Below, piece after piece: positions 63,356 to 64,000 of a stretch of 64,000 nucleotides of DNA. Source of the DNA: Octopus sinensis (Eukaryota); NCBI RefSeq assembly GCF_006345805.1, contig NC_042999.1, positions 150,598,001 to 150,662,000 on the forward strand. Direction: 5' to 3'. Under the pieces are notes generated by a model. That model worked only from the letters and a program-made list of their open reading frames with translations. It was not told the DNA's origin and did no database searches. The first letter of the stretch is position 1, and every line of letters begins with the position of its first letter. Position numbers and translations under genes: made by a program.

Positions 63356-63662
63356 TGTGGCGGTGTTGCTCACAATTGCAGTTTCGCTTGGGACTGTAGA
63401 GTCAGTGACGTCACGCGAACGGCTGAAGGGCCTTGTCGGAAAGGGAGGTCATGTGAGTGAAAAGATGACTAGCATGGGTCCCTTTTGCTTTGGGGCTGTC
63501 GTACGGGATGGACCTGTGTATCCGCGTAAGCTGAGGGAATTTGCTGCTAGATTCTGGCCAAAGAGTAGGCGGCTAGCGCTCATACGGCTATATCCCGGCT
63601 GGAAAGGATCAACGTTACGAGAAAACCGGCAAGGTAGGTAAATCGCGCTTTTTACCTCTACA
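63356..63662. mobile_element. Possible solo LTR
   Basis: GC-rich ~307-bp island, TG...CA, sharing aaggtaggt(g/a)aa near its 3' end with the 46808 LTR. No clean TSD. Confidence 0.35.
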
Positions 63663-63870
63663 TTGTAGGAACTTTTAAGCTGAGGACAATCGCGAGCGTC
63701 TTTGCGACAGTGAATTCCCCTCCAGCGTTAATACCAGTAAAATACTGTTGACAATTTAAGTGACTCCTCCCACCCAAAACGTTCAGTCTTTGTTCTCGTT
63801 CTCGTGTATGCTTTTGCTCTACTTACTCCATTCTGTTCTAGTAATTATTATTTAGGGCTGGCGTGCAACA

Positions 63871-63943
63871 GCCCGGCTAGCTCAGTCGGTAGAGCACGAG
63901 ACTCTTAATCTCGGGGTCGTGGGTTCGAGCCCCACGTTGGGCG
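63871..63943 (+). tRNA. tRNA-Lys-CTT: tRNA-Lys(CUU)
   Basis: Identical to the consensus; paralog of 57138. Confidence 0.97.
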
Positions 63944-64000
63944 ATCATTGTTTTTTTTTGTTTTTTTAATAGCTCGGAAAAGAGCAATTGAACCATTTTT

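Larger units (their letters stand above)
56944..63992 (+). repeat. ~315-bp tRNA-Lys-containing duplication: 56944-57258 and 63677-63992 (partial third copy 63095-63243)
   Basis: Shared 5' flank (cagtgaattccc...ccaaaacgttcagtctttg...acttactccattctg) and 3' flank (atcattgttttttt...gagcaattgaa). Confidence 0.9.

Noticed and set aside
63357-63641. 94-aa GC-rich ORF
   Set aside because: It starts at GTG, has no recognisable homology, and lies within the LTR-like island.

Overview
AT-rich, microsatellite-dense eukaryotic DNA with no confidently identifiable host protein-coding gene. The SINE families and repeat landscape look like an octopus/cephalopod genome; this is inferred from recalled family resemblance, not from a search. 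Nearly all ORFs in the track are translations of simple repeats or transposon remnants. The window contains one tRNA-Arg(UCG) gene and a cluster of 13 tRNA-Lys(CUU) genes (35.6-64 kb, 10 identical) built by nested tandem, dispersed and inverted duplications. DNA transposon relics include Tc1, mariner, DD37D-like, Merlin/IS1595-like, hAT and other MITEs. Retroelement relics include an R4/Dong-like fragment in (TAA)n, an RTE fragment, Penelope-like GIY-YIG fragments, solo LTRs and dozens of tRNA-derived SINEs. The most striking hidden signal is a set of about 10 minimal type I hammerhead ribozyme motifs. Chief among them is a 353-bp head-to-tail dimer at 52319-52994, with one hammerhead per unit and a string of short hairpins, embedded in (TA)n. 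It looks like a retrozyme or mini-Penelope circRNA-producing element and has a third, dispersed, decayed copy at ~27.1-27.4 kb. All RNA structures were derived by hand and not by folding software. There is a 100-N gap at 26685-26784.
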